Assembly: GCA_034530875.2 (NCBI GenBank)
Contig: JAVRCJ020000010.1
Span: 64,001 to 128,000 of the forward strand
Source: Nostoc sp. DedSLP01
GTDB lineage: Bacteria > Cyanobacteriota > Cyanobacteriia > Cyanobacteriales > Nostocaceae
Length of the DNA stretch: 64,000 bases
Reading direction: 5' to 3'
The translations under genes were made by a program, and so were the position numbers. The notes under the pieces are model-generated. The model was not told the origin of the DNA, made no database searches, and was given only the letters and a program-made list of their open reading frames with translations. Positions within the stretch are counted from its first letter, which is position 1; the number at the start of each line of letters is the position of its first letter. This document shows, piece after piece, positions 54,001-63,616 of the stretch.

Positions 54001-55792
54001 GGGTGTAGTTTGTATTATCAATGGGACTTGTGATGCCTGGTTGGGGATATAAAACTTCTAATAATGGTTTGTCGAGATATGGTTTGAGGATTTGGTCGCA
54101 TTGGTCGATGGTTTGGCGGAATTTGGCTTGGGTTTGGTATAATTTTTGCCCCATGCCTGCGTACTGCGACCCTTGCCCTGTAAATAAAAAGGCGATTTTA
54201 CGGCGCTTGTTGCCTTGTGCCTGACCTGTTACTACTCCAGTTGCTTGAGTTCCGGCAGCGAACAGTTGCAACTGCTGCTGTAATTCAGAGTTAGATTTTG
54301 CTAGAACTGCTAAACGGTGTTCAAATTGCGATCGCTTTGTATTAGCCGTATAGCAAATATCTGCCAAAGCTAATTCTGGATTTTCATCTAAAAAGTTTGT
54401 ATAACGTTGTGCTAATTCAGATAAAGCTGCAGGAGTTTTTGCTGAGAGAGTCAGTAGATGCAAAGGACGTTCCAGGGTATCTACTTCCTGGCTGCGATTT
54501 CCTTGTTGCTGCGGTCTACCTTCTTCTAAAATCACATGGGCATTAGTACCGCCAAAACCAAAGGAACTGATACCTGCAAAGCGAGGTGTATTGACCTGCC
54601 AAGGTTGCAGTTGGCAAGGAATAGCAAAGGGAGTGCCAGCAAAGGAAATTAACGGATTTAGCTCCTGAAGGTTTAAATGAGGCGGAATTTGTTGATGTTT
54701 CAGTGCCAAAACTACTTTCAGCAACCCAGCCATTCCGGCCGCGGCTTCCAAATGACCGATATTGGTTTTCACCGAACCAATCCAGCATGGTTGCTCGGAA
54801 CTACGTCCTTGTATGAGAACGGTTTTCAGAGCTTTGATTTCGATGGGATCTCCCAGTGATGTCCCGGTGCCATGAGCCTCAATATAGCTAATTTGGGAAG
54901 GTTCAACACCAGCATTTTGTAGTGCTTGGCGAATCACAGCTTGTTGAGCAGAGCCGTTGGGTGCCGTCATCCCATTGCTCAGACCATCTTGGTTAACTGC
55001 TGAACCTCTGATAATTGCCTGAATATTATCTCCATCCCTAATTGCATCCGCCAGACGTTTGAGTACTATCACCCCACATCCTTCACCACGGACATAACCA
55101 TTGGCTTTAGCGTCAAAGGTTTTACAACGTCCATCCCCTGCCATCATGTGAGCGTTAGAGTACGTGATGGTCTGTTGCGGAGACAACATCAAGCTGACGG
55201 CTCCGACTACAAATAAATCAGTTTCTTGATTTCGCAAACTCTGACAGGCTTGGTGCAGCGCCACTAAGGAGGACGAGCAAGCCGTTTCAATTGTAAAACT
55301 CGGCCCCTTGAGATTTAATAGGTACGATAGGCGAGTAGCAGCAATACTAATGGTATTTCCAGTACCATGATATGCACTGATGCGGTCTAAGTCTTTGGAT
55401 GACAAGATGCCGTAGTCATAATTACCGATGCCAACGACAACCCCCGTTTGGCTGCCAGATATTTCAGCAGGTACAATCCCAGCATTTTCTAAGGCTTCCC
55501 AAGCAACTTCTAAAACTAGGCGTTGCTGAGGATCCATTGCTTTCGCTTCCCGAGGAGAAATGCCAAACAAGTCCGGATCGAACTTATCTACTTGTTCAAT
55601 AAATCCACCGAAACGAGTGTTCATTTTTCCTGGCGTCCCAGGTTGGGGATGGTAAAATTTTTCAATGTCCCATCGATCCACCGGCACTTCTGAAATAGCA
55701 TCAATGCCATTGCGTAAAAGATGCCAAAAAGCTTCTGGATTGTTAGCACCAGGAAAACGACAGCCAATACCAATAATTGCTACGGGTTCCAC
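51071..55792 (-). CDS. Type I PKS module KS-AT-KR-ACP
   Basis: ETACSSS/EAHGTGT/GHLE; AT GHSVG and HAFH; KR TGGLGALG, WGSKGQAHYAAAN (A-type W, no LDD); ACP GIDSL; GTG start with GAGG RBS. Confidence 0.95.
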   Translation of the reverse strand: MEPVAIIGIGCRFPGANNPEAFWHLLRNGIDAISEVPVDRWDIEKFYHPQPGTPGKMNTRFGGFIEQVDKFDPDLFGISPREAKAMDPQQRLVLEVAWEALENAGIVPAEISGSQTGVVVGIGNYDYGILSSKDLDRISAYHGTGNTISIAATRLSYLLNLKGPSFTIETACSSSLVALHQACQSLRNQETDLFVVGAVSLMLSPQQTITYSNAHMMAGDGRCKTFDAKANGYVRGEGCGVIVLKRLADAIRDGDNIQAIIRGSAVNQDGLSNGMTAPNGSAQQAVIRQALQNAGVEPSQISYIEAHGTGTSLGDPIEIKALKTVLIQGRSSEQPCWIGSVKTNIGHLEAAAGMAGLLKVVLALKHQQIPPHLNLQELNPLISFAGTPFAIPCQLQPWQVNTPRFAGISSFGFGGTNAHVILEEGRPQQQGNRSQEVDTLERPLHLLTLSAKTPAALSELAQRYTNFLDENPELALADICYTANTKRSQFEHRLAVLAKSNSELQQQLQLFAAGTQATGVVTGQAQGNKRRKIAFLFTGQGSQYAGMGQKLYQTQAKFRQTIDQCDQILKPYLDKPLLEVLYPQPGITSPIDNTNYTQAALFALEYALYQLWQSWGIKPDIVLGHSVGEYVAACVAGVFSLEDGLKLIAARGRLMQALPENGSMVAVMATVEQLQPLLAAYSEKIAIAAVNGARSLVISGEKSAISEICSQLASMGIKTKPLQVSHAFHSPLMQPMLADFMQVANSIKFAAPKLKLISNLTGELATQEIATPEYWCRHILSPVEFAASIATLEQQKVAAYVEIGPKPILLGMGRECVTKAEGLWLPSLRPGQDDWQVMLSSLAQLHCHGVAVDWQGFDAVYERMRLHLPTYPFQRQRFWVESKSEQKTDDLVQSSIVKLLHQGNVEQLTQQLASQLSADEQIYLPKLLEVLVKQHHLEIASPTIPDWFYQIAWQPQSRRQSEAQVPQQLGSWLILGDRGGLGQAIAQLLENQGHRCILVYPGDVYQQQETTTWSVNPAHREDFSRLLQEALPSGELPWRGVIHLWNLETTQTTDFSLSGECISVLHLIGAIAEYQQPVTPTLWLVTRGAMSVNSSLPAVQQSPVWGVGKVVALEHPELWGGMIDLDPQPTANEALTLLAEINDAQKEDHLAFRSGQRYVARLVPMQPTASSQTNFNYDGTYLITGGLGALGLKLAEWLVNQGVKSLVLLGRRGASSEAQATISKMQAAGIKILIAQADVSNKTDMLRVLETVAESMPPLKGVIHAAGVVGYDTITGMDLTTWESILRPKVLGGWILHQLTENLELDLFVSFSSIASVWGSKGQAHYAAANHFLDTLANYRRSKGLPALSVNWGPWAEVGMAVGEAEQFLARMGVQALQPQLALNALGVALKADASQVTIANIDWTVFKGIYEARGQRLLLEKLGRQVQENTGKAVEKKSEILQKLATATVNERQIILIAYLQTQISQVLGMSELPETHRGFFEMGIDSLMAVDLKTRLETALNCSLPGTLLFEAPNIQDLATYLGKEVLHWQDEQQEVETEPTTDVLEITHLSDDELEASIAERLAQLESLIG
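53156..54198 (-). repeat. AT-domain duplication, copy B
   Basis: Near-identical to 48288-49330. Confidence 0.9.
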
Positions 55793-55922
55793 AACAAAGA
55801 CCTCAAATCCTTAGTATCGCTACTGATACATCAAATGATGTTGATACTCGCCATCGTTTTTACCTAGATATTGCTGATTTATTGATGTTGAGAAAAATCA
55901 TCACTTTTCAGCCACACCTAGG

Positions 55923-57296
55923 CTAAACAACAGCACCAGCAAACTTAACAAATGCTGATTTATTTCGTTGAATAGCTTGTTCGATTGAGCCACCAGCAGC
56001 CATTAACCGCATTTCACGGTTTACAGGCCATAGATAGTCAAGACGACCAAAGAATTTCTGCATATCGAATAACAGATCTTGGTGATACTTGAGATTCAGA
56101 TGAAATCCTTCATGCTCTTGACACAAGCATTTTTCTAGCCAGTGGATAGCATCACGACTAGACATCCCAAATAAGGGAGATGTTAACAACCGATAATATG
56201 CAGTCATAAAAGACGCATCATCTCGGAATGTAACAGGTAACACAGCTGACAATCCGTTCAACAAACCGCCTTGCAGGCGATAGATAATCATGTTCGACAA
56301 CAGTTTTTCATAAGCTGTCGGTTTGGGGAAGTCTTTATAGACCTCCTGAGAAATCACATTGGACATTGTTGTATGAAAGGCTTCATCCAACAAGTGATAG
56401 TAAGAAACTTGTAAAGGAGCAGGAATGAATTGGTTTTTTCTCTCTAGTTCTCTAAACTGGCGGAAGAAGCGATGCTCGTAAGCCTTGAGGGACATATTAG
56501 CAATCATACGAGCCGAGTAATACTGAGCTGCCATGAAAGGCGAACTACCCCAGTTCAAAGTCAAGAATTTAAAGGCAGATATAGAAGCTGTTACGCCTGC
56601 TAACCCATCAGTTGTTGTTGGAATACGATCGACACCACGTTCTTCTAAAAACTGGGAATAATAATCTGCATTCTGGCGATGCATCAGTTTAGTAATCGCT
56701 CTAAATGTAGATTCTTGGAGGGATGACCAATATTCCTTGTTTTGCGACAGCTTGAACTTACCCAACAAGCTAGTGTTGGATTTGGCTAACTTTTTATGCA
56801 GAGTATTACCTAAGGACTGCTTACCTAACAAAGCTACCTTAGTTTTATACCCAATTCTTTGAAAGGTAGTAATGTGAGATTTTTCTTGATTGGTTTCTAA
56901 ATCTAGCTCTTGACACAGAGTTTGGTAGCCACCAAGCTTCGTAAATACACCTGATGTTACTTGGTTGTAAAGCATGGTGTTGGATTCAGAAGCAGCTGTG
57001 TGCTGATACTGTCCAACCCAATATAAATGATTCAAAGCCAGCTTTTGAGAAGTTGAAGCCTGTTCGTAAAGAGGTGTGCCATATAAAGTTGAAAGTTCAG
57101 GTTCGCCCCAGAAATAATTGCTGTTACTGCTATAGTCAAAATTTTTCCCTAGAGCTTCTATTTTTTCAGTGTAATCCGAGTCAGTGTTATTGTTGTATGT
57201 TTTTTCAATTATTTGAAAATGCTTTTTTTGCTTTTTCTTTGATGTATTTAACGATCGTTGATTGTTAGATACCGTGTTGGATGCTATGGATACCAT
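55923..57296 (-). CDS. CylC-type dimetal-carboxylate halogenase (AurF-like ferritin fold)
   Basis: LYGTPLYEQAS…LALNHLYW, ESNTMLYNQ, LDLETNQEKSH, YYHLLDEAFHTT, LDYLWPVNREM; sits next to FAAL and ACP. Confidence 0.88.
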   Translation of the reverse strand: MVSIASNTVSNNQRSLNTSKKKQKKHFQIIEKTYNNNTDSDYTEKIEALGKNFDYSSNSNYFWGEPELSTLYGTPLYEQASTSQKLALNHLYWVGQYQHTAASESNTMLYNQVTSGVFTKLGGYQTLCQELDLETNQEKSHITTFQRIGYKTKVALLGKQSLGNTLHKKLAKSNTSLLGKFKLSQNKEYWSSLQESTFRAITKLMHRQNADYYSQFLEERGVDRIPTTTDGLAGVTASISAFKFLTLNWGSSPFMAAQYYSARMIANMSLKAYEHRFFRQFRELERKNQFIPAPLQVSYYHLLDEAFHTTMSNVISQEVYKDFPKPTAYEKLLSNMIIYRLQGGLLNGLSAVLPVTFRDDASFMTAYYRLLTSPLFGMSSRDAIHWLEKCLCQEHEGFHLNLKYHQDLLFDMQKFFGRLDYLWPVNREMRLMAAGGSIEQAIQRNKSAFVKFAGAVV

Positions 57297-57349
57297 TTAT
57301 ACCCTCAATGACGAATGCAAAACAAAGAAAATCAGCTTTTACCCAATGA

Positions 57350-57391
57350 CATCAAAAGTTGGCTTTTTGGCAAACAAGCCAGTTTTTGATG
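57350..57391. terminator. Intergenic hairpin between ACP and halogenase
   Basis: CATCAAAAGTTGGCTT…AAGCCAGTTTTTGATG. Confidence 0.5.
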
Positions 57392-57436
57392 ACTGACAAA
57401 CTAGAAAAACGCTGCTACAACCTTGAGTTATAGCGA

Positions 57437-57754
57437 TTAATACAATTGAGAACTTAAATGCTCGACAAGACTTTCAATAGTAGGGTAGTCGTAGAGCAGT
57501 GTAGGATCTAAGTCCAATCCCAGCCAATCTGCTAAATCACCGGTCAAACCAACTGCTACAGAAGAATCTAATCCATAAGTACTAAAGGGTACAGTAGTAT
57601 CAATGTCTTCTGTTCCTACTTCTAGCAAATTAGCTATATATGAAAGAATCCAATTTTGAACTTCTTCAGCAGATGGAAGTTGCTTTAATTCCTGTTCTTT
57701 GGTATCTTTCTCAATTTGAGAAACTTGCATTAAATCAAGATTTTGAGTTGTCAT
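57437..57754 (-). CDS. Stand-alone acyl carrier protein (CylB-like)
   Basis: PFSTYGLDSS phosphopantetheine site, LLYDYPTIESL. Confidence 0.92.
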   Translation of the reverse strand: MTTQNLDLMQVSQIEKDTKEQELKQLPSAEEVQNWILSYIANLLEVGTEDIDTTVPFSTYGLDSSVAVGLTGDLADWLGLDLDPTLLYDYPTIESLVEHLSSQLY

Positions 57755-58203
57755 TGTTGCTATTTAACTCGATTATTTAGATATTTTTTAAGTTCGCCTG
57801 GGAAAGAATTACTAAAATAAAATTTCCTCGAAGGATCGGAAAAATAGCTGATATATTTATCAGGCTATTAAATTGACACCACTGATATATTTTCTGTAAT
57901 TCTTCTGATAATACTATTACAGAAATGATTTTTTTGAAATACGTATCCGAATATTTTACCAATCTATTAAAATTCACTTTATATTAAATGTATTAAAACA
58001 GTATATTTCTGGATGCGTGTCTATTTTACCCATTAGAAACACAGCAGATTGCAATTTGGTAAATTACAGGATAAGCAGTAAAAAAACCAGCTTTTAAAAT
58101 GCTTTTTAATTGACTATAAACTACAGTATTTGGCTTTATAATATCCTCACAACCCCCCTTTTACAGGGGGTTTAGTTTTCTACTTTTTCAGGAGGATTAA
58201 ATT

Positions 58204-60051
58204 CTATCCTTGTTTTTCAACTTGCAATTTCTGCAAAATAGTTTCAATCTCTGCTTGTAAATTCATATACTTTTTGGTGCTTTCTGGACTTTCACTCCAG
58301 TCTTGTACAATATCTAAACTGCCTGATAAAAACGCAGCCCGACAAGCATAACGGCGAATTTTACCGCTAGAAGTTTTAGGAATACTTCCAGTTTTCACCA
58401 GTACCACAGCAAAGACATCTAGACCATGTTCTGTGATTACTGCTTGTCTAACCTTATTAACGACTTCTTGAACGTTTAATTTCTTCAAGTAAGTTCTTTC
58501 GACTTCAGCAACAACAACCAATCTTTCAGAGCCTTTGAATTCTACTGCGAAGGCAGCTAAACAACCTATCCTCAAAGCAGGATGGCTCTTCTCTACAGTG
58601 AGTTCAATGTCTTGAGGATAATGGTTTTGCCCGCGAATAATGATGATATCTTTAATCCGACCTGTGACAAACAGTTCGTTATTTTGTAAAAATCCTAAAT
58701 CTCCTGTACGTAGAAACGGGCCTGACGCTTCGCGATCGCTAATTTCCGTATCAGCAAGATAAGCATAAAAGCTTTTTTCTGTCAGTTCAGCTTGGTTCCA
58801 GTAGCCTTGAGCCACACTTGGGCCTGATATCCAGATTTCGCCAACTTCTTTCTCAGAACAAACGCTTAAAGATTCGGGATTGACAATGACAATCTTCATA
58901 TCTTCACAGCTTTGTCCGCACCCGATGAGGGTTCTGGCATCTATCTGTTCGTTTGTAACTTTGACTACTCGATTTTGCTCTAGTGCAGCAGGATCGACTT
59001 TACAAACGATTGGTAATTGCGTTTTCGCTCCTCCAGAAACAATCAGAGTTGTTTCCGCCATCCCGTAGCATGGGTAGAATGCTTTTTGACGAAAACCGCA
59101 GGCTGCAAAAGTTTTGGCGAATTCCTCTAATGTGTGAGCGCGAATCGGTTCGGCTCCTGTAAAAGCAACATCCCAACTACTTAAGTCTAGGCTTTCTAAG
59201 TGTTCGGGCGTGACCTTACGTAAGCATAGCTCGTATGCAAAGTTGGGACCGCCACTAGTAGTAGCTTGGTAGCGAGAAATTGCTTGTAACCAACGCATGG
59301 GTTTTTGCAAAAAGTCTACCGGTGACATCAATACCACGGGAAACCCAACGTAAAGGGGTTGTAAAATACCGCCTATCAATCCCATGTCATGATAAGGAGG
59401 TAACCAAATCAAACCTTTGCTGTTGGATGAATGGCCGAAAGATTGGGCAATGAGGTGAGAATTATGTAAAAGGTTGTTATGGCTGACCATTACACCTTTG
59501 GGATTGCCAGTAGAACCAGAGGTGTACTGTAAAAAAGCTAAGGAATTCTCTTCAAGTTGTACTTGCTGCCACGATCGCGTGAGTTCGCTATCCAATGCAT
59601 CGGTAGTTAACCATTGCAATTTAGCTAGTTCTAAACCTTGTTCGGCAAAAAGCTCGCGGTTATTCACTAATGTTGTTGTAGTGAGTACTATTTGAGCTTC
59701 AGCATCGGCTGTAATTGCTTGCAGTCTATTAAGATTTTGATTTTTTCTCGGTGGATATGCAGGAACGGCTACAACTCCAGCATATAAACATCCAAAGAAG
59801 GCAGCAATAAAATCTAATCCGGGCTGATAAAGCAGCAGGGCGCGTTGTCCAACAAGATTAAGAGCTTGCAAAGCAGAAGCGATCGCTCTAGACTTCAGAT
59901 GCAGTTGTTCGTAAGTCAAACTATCAGCTTCTTGTTCTCCATTTTTGAGAAATGTATAAGCTTTTTGGTCTGGCTGATGCTTGGCTCGGTAAAGAAGTAT
60001 ATCGACTAACGATGAGGCGCTATCTATTGAATGGCTTAAATTTATGGTCAT
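58204..60051 (-). CDS. Fatty acyl-AMP ligase (FAAL)
   Basis: AFLQYTSGSTGNPKG, WLPPYHDMGLIG, PCYGMAETTL, FLRTGDLG, IPKTSSGKI; FAAL insertion (VDPAALEQNRVV). Confidence 0.93.
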   Translation of the reverse strand: MTINLSHSIDSASSLVDILLYRAKHQPDQKAYTFLKNGEQEADSLTYEQLHLKSRAIASALQALNLVGQRALLLYQPGLDFIAAFFGCLYAGVVAVPAYPPRKNQNLNRLQAITADAEAQIVLTTTTLVNNRELFAEQGLELAKLQWLTTDALDSELTRSWQQVQLEENSLAFLQYTSGSTGNPKGVMVSHNNLLHNSHLIAQSFGHSSNSKGLIWLPPYHDMGLIGGILQPLYVGFPVVLMSPVDFLQKPMRWLQAISRYQATTSGGPNFAYELCLRKVTPEHLESLDLSSWDVAFTGAEPIRAHTLEEFAKTFAACGFRQKAFYPCYGMAETTLIVSGGAKTQLPIVCKVDPAALEQNRVVKVTNEQIDARTLIGCGQSCEDMKIVIVNPESLSVCSEKEVGEIWISGPSVAQGYWNQAELTEKSFYAYLADTEISDREASGPFLRTGDLGFLQNNELFVTGRIKDIIIIRGQNHYPQDIELTVEKSHPALRIGCLAAFAVEFKGSERLVVVAEVERTYLKKLNVQEVVNKVRQAVITEHGLDVFAVVLVKTGSIPKTSSGKIRRYACRAAFLSGSLDIVQDWSESPESTKKYMNLQAEIETILQKLQVEKQG

Positions 60052-60756
60052 TTTATAGACACCTGATTTTGAATATTTTTCAGTACATTTTCTCTAAGCA
60101 TAGTTTTTGTAAAAGCGCAATTTAGCGCCAACAACAAACCCTTAGATGGCGGAACATGATTGACTATATAGGTGCGAAAATTGATTGCTCTGATAAGGCA
60201 GCAACTAGATAATAAGGGAGTTACAGCCTATTTGATTTTTATCTAGGTATTTTTATTTTTTCCAAGCTGTTTTAACCTAAATTTAATTGCTCAATAACAA
60301 TTTCAACATTTCATACCTGTTGATTTTACATATACTTGATAAAGCGCATGTAAAAAAAGCTATAGCCTGCTTAATAGTATACGGATATCATATTTTTAGG
60401 CTTAAATCAACGTGCGTAAATTATCTTTTACTTAATCTTTATATATGGCTTGATTGCCTCAATGAGAGCAAGAGAAACTCTTTCACAAAAGAAGCAGTAA
60501 TTACAGCAGATAATAAGGTTAAAAGTCTGTTGTTACATGGCTTCTTTCTGAAAATTTGTACCTCATTTACCTGGATTTTGCTATATTATTTGACTTTGTA
60601 GCTATCAGGCTTACTCAACATATTCGCGCAGTTAATAACTGTATATTGCACAAACAAATCGACAGCCAAATTTTTATAAAAAGTCGCTGTAACTTAACGC
60701 CAAAAATAGTTTTGAATTGATTTATTGATGGTTTTAAATTGATTGATTTTCTGTTA

Positions 60757-60914
60757 TATAGGAATCTGACTTGATTCATGAAATTATTTGCGTGGTGCGC
60801 AAAGCGCAGCGCAAGCGCGATAGACAGGGAGTAGGGAATGGGGAGTAGGGAGTGGGAAAGAAGCCTTGTTTGGGTGTACTGATTTTTTTCACCAAATCAA
60901 ATATGAGTCCTATA
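60757..60914. mobile_element. MITE-like element with TA-flanked inverted ends and internal STRR
   Basis: TATAGGAATCTGACTTGATT … AATCAAATATGAGTCCTATA; a half copy lies at ~29478-29503. Confidence 0.65.
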
Positions 60915-61011
60915 CTATTTCACTCAATTATTGATACAAATCATTTTTCTTTCTTCCTCTGCTCAAGAACTGCTTGCCTAAATGTATCAACCTTAAAGTG
61001 AAACGGTTTTA
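60911..61011. mobile_element. Second MITE-like element abutting the first
   Basis: TATACTATTTCACTCAATTATTGATACA … TGTATCAACCTTAAAGTGAAACGGTTTTA imperfect inverted ends. Confidence 0.55.
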
Positions 61012-61027
61012 GTCCCTTAAATTACTA

Positions 61028-61066
61028 AAACTCAGATTTTGAAACTGGTTCAAGAATCTGAGTTTA
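61028..61066 (-). terminator. Terminator-like hairpin downstream of 61097-62923
   Basis: AAACTCAGATTTTGAA…TTCAAGAATCTGAGTTT. Confidence 0.6.
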
Positions 61067-61096
61067 GCAAAGCGAGTATACTTACGCGATCGATTG

Positions 61097-62923
61097 CTAG
61101 CCTTTATCCTGCCAGATGGGAATTTTATCTGGTTTGACAGAATTTCCTAATTTCTCAAAATCTGCTTTGCTCATATAGTGTACTCTCGGTAAATATTCCC
61201 CTAAAGCACCATCGTGAGAGTTATTTCCGATCAGAGAACGGTCGTATCGTTTGCTAGCCCAATCACTTGCCCATCCCATTCTGCGATCGTCTGGGGTTAA
61301 AGCAAAGTCCCAATCGGGGTAAACACTTATCCACCGTAAAGTCCAGGTGACGTTTGCAGTCGGCCCCCAATTTACCCAGGTGACACCATTGCTGGCTGTT
61401 GCATTTTTAGGGCGGTCTTCCGGTCGAGAGAGAACGATCGCATATCGCCGTTGATTATCTGTGATGATTTCATCATCCATGACTGAATGTAAGGCTGCAC
61501 CAACAAACCCATCAGGTTCTGGTAACGCTGTATCGGTAGCAGTAATTGACCAGTAACGAGCTTGGGCTTTTTTTATGGTGTCTTCACCTTTGCGGGTTCG
61601 TGGGGTAGTCGGCAGTTTACCGGTTAAGACCGCAACCTTACCCCATCCCAAAGACATGCCACGTACTAAATAATTAATGTAATTACATTCAGTTGCTCCC
61701 ACTGAATAGTTACCAGGTGGAGGCATATCTTCTCCGCGGCCTGTGACACCAAGATCGAGATCGCGCACATACTTCTGGTCTAGTTTCAACCAGGGAACTT
61801 CCTGCGCCATTCCTGTAACAATTGCTCGAAAAATCCCAAATTTTTTGAACCACCCCGTTTTTGCATCTTTATATTGAGTTGGTTCTGCGGGAAGTGTCGA
61901 TTTGGCAGCAATCCGCCGATTAACTCGCTTTGTCCAACGTTCAAAATCACTTTGGATATAGTATTTTCTACCATCCGGAAGCTGATAATAGATTTTGGGA
62001 AGTGGTACACCTCCTAAGGAATCTTTGTTTTTATCTATTGCGTAATAGCGAATCCATATCTGACCCATATCCCATACACCCAGTCCATGACCCCAAGGTT
62101 TAGTCTCTCCCCAAGGCCCTTGATACATAATTGCGCCACCCACGCGATTGTTGCCGGGTGCGCGATAGTAAGGAGGACGAAATGCTCGATTCAAATCAAC
62201 AGGATTACCGATTGCTAAATCGAATGTGACTCGATATTTACGTTTGGCAGCGTTACGATCTGCCCCGACTCGGAAGGGATTGACATTTCCCGGTAGCGGA
62301 TTGATATCAACATCTACAATCGGCACTTCACCAACACCAAAGCCCCCATATCGATAGGCTTCAGGATGAAAAGAAGGTGTGATTTGAATATCAAAGAACC
62401 GCGCATAAGGAAATTCTCCTTCAATGATTACCTTACTGCCAAAGGGAGCAAGCAAATTAGGTATCACTAGGTAGGTTGCATTGGGGTCTGGGAAAAACCC
62501 ACGAGTTGCTTTGAGATTAATTTTCTCGGCAGGTCGAATTGCCCATTGTTGCTTAGGTGTAATATTTTCAGGCTTAACTACGCGAAAATTACGAAATTGT
62601 TTAGTATCAACTCCTTTTGGAATCAATTTACTAGGAATTTGAGCAGGAGCCTTATCTGCAAACCATGCTTTAACGTGGGCTTCGAGATTATCGGAGATTT
62701 CTTGTGCTTTGGCAATTACTACTTTTCTATCCCGGAAATGAGGGAATTTAGGTGGAGATGGTGCCAGCCAAGAAGGACGATTTGCTTGTGCCATTACTTG
62801 AGGTTGAGAATTGGCTTTCACAAGATTGGCACGATGGTTAAAATTGGCTGCTAGTAAGTACAATCCTAGAGAAAGCACAGCAGTCAGAGCAATCTTCAAA
62901 AACCGATTGCGGAGACAATTCAT
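61097..62923 (-). CDS. Secreted hypothetical protein (signal peptide; duplicated DUF1254/DUF1214-like beta domains)
   Basis: Basic-hydrophobic N-terminus; two related halves (PDPNATYL…IEGEFPYARFF; NYINYL…LTGKLP…ARYWSIT). Confidence 0.7.
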   Translation of the reverse strand: MNCLRNRFLKIALTAVLSLGLYLLAANFNHRANLVKANSQPQVMAQANRPSWLAPSPPKFPHFRDRKVVIAKAQEISDNLEAHVKAWFADKAPAQIPSKLIPKGVDTKQFRNFRVVKPENITPKQQWAIRPAEKINLKATRGFFPDPNATYLVIPNLLAPFGSKVIIEGEFPYARFFDIQITPSFHPEAYRYGGFGVGEVPIVDVDINPLPGNVNPFRVGADRNAAKRKYRVTFDLAIGNPVDLNRAFRPPYYRAPGNNRVGGAIMYQGPWGETKPWGHGLGVWDMGQIWIRYYAIDKNKDSLGGVPLPKIYYQLPDGRKYYIQSDFERWTKRVNRRIAAKSTLPAEPTQYKDAKTGWFKKFGIFRAIVTGMAQEVPWLKLDQKYVRDLDLGVTGRGEDMPPPGNYSVGATECNYINYLVRGMSLGWGKVAVLTGKLPTTPRTRKGEDTIKKAQARYWSITATDTALPEPDGFVGAALHSVMDDEIITDNQRRYAIVLSRPEDRPKNATASNGVTWVNWGPTANVTWTLRWISVYPDWDFALTPDDRRMGWASDWASKRYDRSLIGNNSHDGALGEYLPRVHYMSKADFEKLGNSVKPDKIPIWQDKG

Positions 62924-63616
62924 AGCTCTAATAGCTCCGATTGGTTGACAAAACTTTGCTATTTGCTTATTGAATAAGCGTTAAACCTAGAAAGGTTTTT
63001 GTAAATAAATATTAAGCTGTTGAGCTTTCTTACCTCAATATCAAATCAGTTATCACCACATATAACATTCCTACATGATTTCGGGTAGGATTTTTAATTT
63101 TGGATAAAGTCTTACCTAGTTGTATAGTCCTTTTGATAAGAGGTTATGTGATGTTTGAACGAATATTTACGATCGCAGATAAAGCAGGAAATTTTAATTT
63201 ATAAGTACTTAAGCAAAGTATCCATTACAATCTAGAACAATTTGTCAATAGTAGTGTTACTTAAAATAATCTTATAAATTAATGTTTTTAATACAAATTA
63301 TAACAGCTATAATACTTGCAGCAGGTTACACTGACAGCTAATTTCCATCGGCATTATTCATTATTGGCGCATAAATTCAGTATAGTAGGAAACTTTAAAT
63401 CTTGATTTTTTCTAAATTTTTAACATAAATAGTAATTAATAAATATTCAATTCTCATAGATGAGGTTTAACTGCTAAACAATGCTAAAGTTAAGCAGAAA
63501 GTAATATGTTTTGCAAAAAGCACAATCGTTTTGTGGGATGGCGATCGCGTTGTTAAAAAGCTAGTTCAAGTTATCAAAATCAGGAACTTTTGACAAATGC
63601 TAATCTATATTTAAAA

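Noticed and set aside
44421..60051. Heterocyst glycolipid (hgl) or cylindrocyclophane cluster
   Set aside because: No PfaA-like multi-ACP or chain-length-factor PKS, no HMG-CoA synthase cassette and no type III PKS.
60060..60750. NtcA or Fur boxes upstream of the FAAL
   Set aside because: No convincing GTA-N8-TAC or Fur consensus was found by eye in this AT-rich region.
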